Shown here: one piece after another, positions 60,022-64,000 of the stretch
Position numbering within the stretch: position 1 is the first letter of the stretch
Layout of the letters: each line of letters begins with the position of its first letter
From: an uncultured Nitrospina sp.
GTDB lineage: Bacteria; Nitrospinota; Nitrospinia; Nitrospinales; VA-1
Length of the DNA: 64,000 bases
NCBI GenBank assembly: GCA_913045445.1
Contig: CAJWQP010000002.1
Location: forward strand, 5,184-69,183
Reading direction: 5' to 3'
Program-made: the position numbers and the translations under genes
The notes under the pieces: generated by a model
What the model was told of the DNA's origin: nothing
Databases searched by the model: none
The model's input: only the letters and a program-made list of their open reading frames with translations

Positions 60022-62427
60022 ATGACTAAGATTCTTAAAAATCAGCGCCCAAAAAAAATAAAAAAGAAGGTGCCCAAAAGAAAACGGACCGGTTTTTTTA
60101 AAATGATGGTCATTGGCATTTTTTCGTTTTCCATTGTGGCCTTGATCATCGGATTCGCGGGAGCAGTCTTTATTTACAATAAATTTTCTGACGAATTGCC
60201 TGATGTGCGGGAATTGAAAAATTTCCAACCCAGCACAGTCACCCTGATGTATTCCGATCAGGATGAATTACTCGCCGAGTTTTATCTAGAAAAAAGAATC
60301 ATGGTGCCGCTGAAGGAAATTCCTGTCCAATTGAAACAGGCCGCACTGGCTGTGGAGGATTCAAACTTCTATTATCATTTCGGAATCGACCCAAAGGCTA
60401 TTTTTCGGGCCTTTCTCACTAATATGCAGGCAGGTCATGTGGTCGAGGGAGGTAGCACCATCACCCAGCAATTATCCAAAACTCTTTTCCTTTCCCGCGC
60501 ACGAACTCTGGAACGCAAAATAAAGGAAGCTATTTTATCCGTCCGGATGGAACTTGTTTTCACCAAGGATGAAATTCTTGAGATGTACTTGAATCAGATT
60601 TATTACGGACATGGCAGTTATGGGGTTGAAGCGGCGGCACGCACCTATTTCGGGAAACATGTGCAAGACCTCAATCTGGATGAGTGTGCATTGATCGCCG
60701 CCTTGCCCAAAGCACCTAACAATTACTCACCTTACAGAAACCCGAAGCTCGCTCGTTCAAGACGCAACCATGTTATACGCCGCATGGCCCAACTGGGATT
60801 TATCCAGCGTAAGGAGGCTGAAGTGGCAATGAAAAAAGATTTCGAACTCGGCGAAATCACCGACATGCTTAACAAGGCTCCCTATTTCGTTGAGTATATT
60901 CGCCAAAATCTGATGACCCTCTATGGACGGAATAAGGTTTATAAGAGCGGACTCAAAGTCTACACCACTCTCGGCCTGGAAAATCAGATCATCGCTCAAA
61001 AAGCGGTACAGAACAATGTCCGCATTTCAGACAAGCGTTTCGGATACCGCGGTGCTTTGGGCATCATGAATATTTCCCTCCCGGAAGCAACATTACAGAA
61101 AAGTATAAGTCAGATAAATAAATTTGATGAAGAGGGAATGGGGCCGGAAGTAGGAAACATTATCAAAGGCCTGGTGACCACAGTTGAAAAAGATCATGTT
61201 GCCGTTTTACTGGGTAAGGGCAAGGGGATCATCGAACTGAAAGATATGGAGTGGGCGCGGGAACCCAATATCAAGGTAGACGGTCGCTGGGCTCGCATCA
61301 GCAATCCCAATCAGGCCCTCAAACCCGGCGATAAAATATTGGTCAAGGTGTTGGGTGTACGCGAAGCGGACTCTCTCTGGTCATTGGCACTGGAACAGGA
61401 ACCGCAAGTCGAGTCGGCACTGGTCAGCATAGAACCCGCCACAGGACATATCAAAGCCCTGATAGGCGGTTACGATTTTTCCAAAAGCCAGTTCAATCGG
61501 GCTGTGCAGGCAATTCGTCAACCCGGCTCAGTATTCAAACCTATCATATACGCAACCGCTATCAACGAAGGCTTCTCCCCGGCCAGTATCATCATAGACT
61601 CGCCCATCATCTTTAAAGAAAAAGATCACTCTTTTGAGAAATGGAAACCGGTCAACTTTGAAGAAAAATTTTATGGTCCGACTCCTCTACGCACAGCGCT
61701 GGCTCACTCAAGAAATATCGTCACGGTAAAACTACTGCAACAAGTTGGAACGCATTCAGCAATTCAAATGGCCAGGAACCTGGGAATAAGCAGTCGGCTG
61801 GAAAGCAATCTTTCAATCGCTCTAGGTTCGTCCGGGGTAACACTGTTCGAATTGGTTTCTGCCTACTCTACATTTGCCAATCAGGGAACACGGATAGAAC
61901 CGCAGGGCATCAGGTACATCATGAACCGGAATGGCGAAACACTCTTCACAGCCAAACGAAAAGAAACTCAGCCCATCTCCAGCGGAGTGGCGCAAATCAT
62001 TACCAATCTACTGCAAAGCGTTGTTCAGGAAGGAACCGCCAAAAAAGTGCGCTCGCTCGGTCGGCCCACCGCAGGCAAAACAGGAACAACCAACAATTAC
62101 GTCGATGCCTGGTTTTTGGGCTACACACCTAAATTGCTGACTGGAGTTTGGGTAGGCAATGATAAAGATGAACCTCTTGGCAGAAACGAAACCGGGTCCC
62201 GCGCCGCGATACCCATCTGGCTGGAATACATGAAGGGAGCCTTGGCCAATACGCCTGTTTATAATTTCCCTGTATCAAACGAAACCGTGTTCACCAAAGT
62301 CAATCCTGAATCGGGAAAACTCACCAGCTCTGAAGACCCCGAGGGCCATTTCGAATTATTCCTGAAAGACCAGCTCCCCGACAAACACACCACCTCCTCC
62401 GAGATCAAAGCAGAAAATACTTTCTGA
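60022..62427 (+). CDS. mrcA: class A penicillin-binding protein 1A (bifunctional transglycosylase/transpeptidase)
   Basis: TM anchor, GT51 motifs (EDSNFYYHFGID, GGSTITQQ, RKIKE), an OB/ODD-like insert, and TP motifs SVFKP, SRN and KTGTT. Confidence 0.9.
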   Translation: MTKILKNQRPKKIKKKVPKRKRTGFFKMMVIGIFSFSIVALIIGFAGAVFIYNKFSDELPDVRELKNFQPSTVTLMYSDQDELLAEFYLEKRIMVPLKEIPVQLKQAALAVEDSNFYYHFGIDPKAIFRAFLTNMQAGHVVEGGSTITQQLSKTLFLSRARTLERKIKEAILSVRMELVFTKDEILEMYLNQIYYGHGSYGVEAAARTYFGKHVQDLNLDECALIAALPKAPNNYSPYRNPKLARSRRNHVIRRMAQLGFIQRKEAEVAMKKDFELGEITDMLNKAPYFVEYIRQNLMTLYGRNKVYKSGLKVYTTLGLENQIIAQKAVQNNVRISDKRFGYRGALGIMNISLPEATLQKSISQINKFDEEGMGPEVGNIIKGLVTTVEKDHVAVLLGKGKGIIELKDMEWAREPNIKVDGRWARISNPNQALKPGDKILVKVLGVREADSLWSLALEQEPQVESALVSIEPATGHIKALIGGYDFSKSQFNRAVQAIRQPGSVFKPIIYATAINEGFSPASIIIDSPIIFKEKDHSFEKWKPVNFEEKFYGPTPLRTALAHSRNIVTVKLLQQVGTHSAIQMARNLGISSRLESNLSIALGSSGVTLFELVSAYSTFANQGTRIEPQGIRYIMNRNGETLFTAKRKETQPISSGVAQIITNLLQSVVQEGTAKKVRSLGRPTAGKTGTTNNYVDAWFLGYTPKLLTGVWVGNDKDEPLGRNETGSRAAIPIWLEYMKGALANTPVYNFPVSNETVFTKVNPESGKLTSSEDPEGHFELFLKDQLPDKHTTSSEIKAENTF

Positions 62428-62530
62428 GAACGCTTGTGGCCTGAGCTATATCAGCACAGGCATTGGTATTTAAATATATGCTGATCGAAAAATACTCGCA
62501 ACAAAGCTTTATTTTTCTTTTATAAGGGAA

Positions 62531-64000
62531 TCAGTTGTCCTCGCTGATTTTTTTCTTGATGATTTTCATGGTGAACAGATTCTTGTCAGCTTCACCATTT
62601 GGCAGGATGCTTGTCCTTCCTGAGACTCCTTGAAACCCACGAATCCTCAGAAGCTTATCCCTAGTCTCCAGACGGTTTTCAGCCCCTAACTGGATAGATT
62701 GAATATACATTTTCGCGACATCATAAGACTGTGCGGATAATATGGTGGGTTCTTCGGCAAAGAAACTTTTGTACTGCTTTACGAATTGAACTATTTCGGG
62801 GCGGTTGGATTGCGCATAAAAGCCATCAACAAAATATCCCTTTCGCATATAATTTCCAGCAATCTTAACCAATTCAGGGGAGTTCCAACCGTCTGCCCCA
62901 AGCAAGGTTGCTGTATCAACATTATAAAAAACAAGTTGTGGCACTATCAAGCCAACCTTATCATAAAAACCCGGTAGAAAAATCGCATCATAGCTCAACT
63001 CCAGAGAAACTTTCAGGCTCTCCACCTCTTCACCTGACCAGAGGCCCATCTCTGCCAGCGGACGGGACATCGGACCATTTGGACCTAACGGGGGGGGTGC
63101 TGTATTTGTTTTCAACTGGTCTTCCACAAGCTTCGTCAGCTTATCATCGTCTATGCCACCAATTTCAAGGATTTGTTTTTTAAAGTCGGTTTGCGAACGC
63201 TCATAACCCACAACAGAAACAACCTCTGCCCCCAAAGATTCAACTTCACGAACAAACGTATCTTTCAACTCGAAACCGTATCCCTCTAAAGGATAAACAA
63301 TAACGAATCGACGCAACTGCAAAACATTAACAGCATAGTCTGCAATAAACTTTCCTTGAAGTTTTCGTGTCATTGCATTACGAAACACATAAGGACTCAA
63401 ATCTGTTAGCCCGGCAAATGATGCAGTGGGTGTAAATACTGGCAAACGATAATGATCGGCAACTGGTACTACCCTTTTAACAAACCCACTCAATACCGGA
63501 CCAACAACACCAATCACACTGGGGTCGGCACCAAGCTCCCTCACCACTTCTTCCACGGGCCGGGCGGCAGAATCTTTGACAACAACCTCTAATTTCCCAT
63601 CACGTTCCAAACCAGATTCATTAATCGCCAGTTGAACACCCTGAAGAACCTGTTGCCCGGTTAATGCCATTTTACCCGTTAAGGGCAAAACCACTCCAAG
63701 ACGCAATTTACCCTCTTTATTATCTTCAATTTGTTTGAGCCCTGACTCGATCACGAAACGCTGTGGATGATCGGGAAACAAACGCAAGAAACTGGAGAAT
63801 GTGATTTGCAATTGTTCAACATCTCTTTCTTCCCGGTAAATCGAGATCAACCTCAACAGTATTTGATCAGCAGGAAAGCCTGAGGAGTATTTCTTGGAAA
63901 GCCCGATCAGCATAACCTTACCAAGGTTTTCTTTAATAATCCGGTCAATCATTTCCTTCGCATGATTCCGCACGTCCTTAACATCACTTTGCAAATAAAT
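62531..64000 (-). CDS. periplasmic LivK-like (Peripla_BP_6) domain protein with helical N-terminal region, LpoA/LppC-like; 5' end outside window
   Basis: The frame is open to the window edge. RLGVVLPLTGKMALTGQQVLQGVQLAINE is typical of type-I periplasmic binding folds. The upstream part is helical and TPR-like. Confidence 0.55.
   Translation of the reverse strand: MYLQSDVKDVRNHAKEMIDRIIKENLGKVMLIGLSKKYSSGFPADQILLRLISIYREERDVEQLQITFSSFLRLFPDHPQRFVIESGLKQIEDNKEGKLRLGVVLPLTGKMALTGQQVLQGVQLAINESGLERDGKLEVVVKDSAARPVEEVVRELGADPSVIGVVGPVLSGFVKRVVPVADHYRLPVFTPTASFAGLTDLSPYVFRNAMTRKLQGKFIADYAVNVLQLRRFVIVYPLEGYGFELKDTFVREVESLGAEVVSVVGYERSQTDFKKQILEIGGIDDDKLTKLVEDQLKTNTAPPPLGPNGPMSRPLAEMGLWSGEEVESLKVSLELSYDAIFLPGFYDKVGLIVPQLVFYNVDTATLLGADGWNSPELVKIAGNYMRKGYFVDGFYAQSNRPEIVQFVKQYKSFFAEEPTILSAQSYDVAKMYIQSIQLGAENRLETRDKLLRIRGFQGVSGRTSILPNGEADKNLFTMKIIKKKISEDN

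Overview
This is a 64-kb chromosomal window from a diderm (Gram-negative type) bacterium. Lgt/LspA, a TonB-dependent receptor, PBP1A and TatA are all present. The taxon cannot be fixed from the sequence alone. All calls come from reading the supplied ORF translations and the DNA by eye; no searches or computations were run.

The backbone is dense housekeeping:
- a thrC' / sulfur-carrier / MoeB-like / CysM / ferredoxin cluster
- two ABC exporters, a ZIP transporter and manC
- tyrS, cspA, and lgt-lspA-ileS-trpS
- a CCA-family enzyme, dapL, folK, and a tmk-ubiX-nifS-thiI operon
- tRNA-Pro(GGG), tatA and mrcA

The most notable observations are:
1. A cobalamin salvage locus with two paralogous promoter+riboswitch units. 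One drives btuFDC and the other btuB. They are embedded among remnants: a 5' cobQ stub, an internal btuF fragment and a TonB C-terminal-only ORF.
2. An isolated nuoE-nuoG-nuoD trio with its own promoter and no nuoF/B/C.
3. An orphan ParA/MinD-type ATPase paired with a long acidic, low-complexity membrane-anchored protein.
4. A sulfur-carrier protein ending GG-VGA.
5. A B12-type radical SAM enzyme with a CX4CX2C motif.
6. An unusually high density of gene remnants and of small ORFs broken by single stops or homopolymer frameshifts.

No transposase, integrase, CRISPR array or recognisable defence system was seen.
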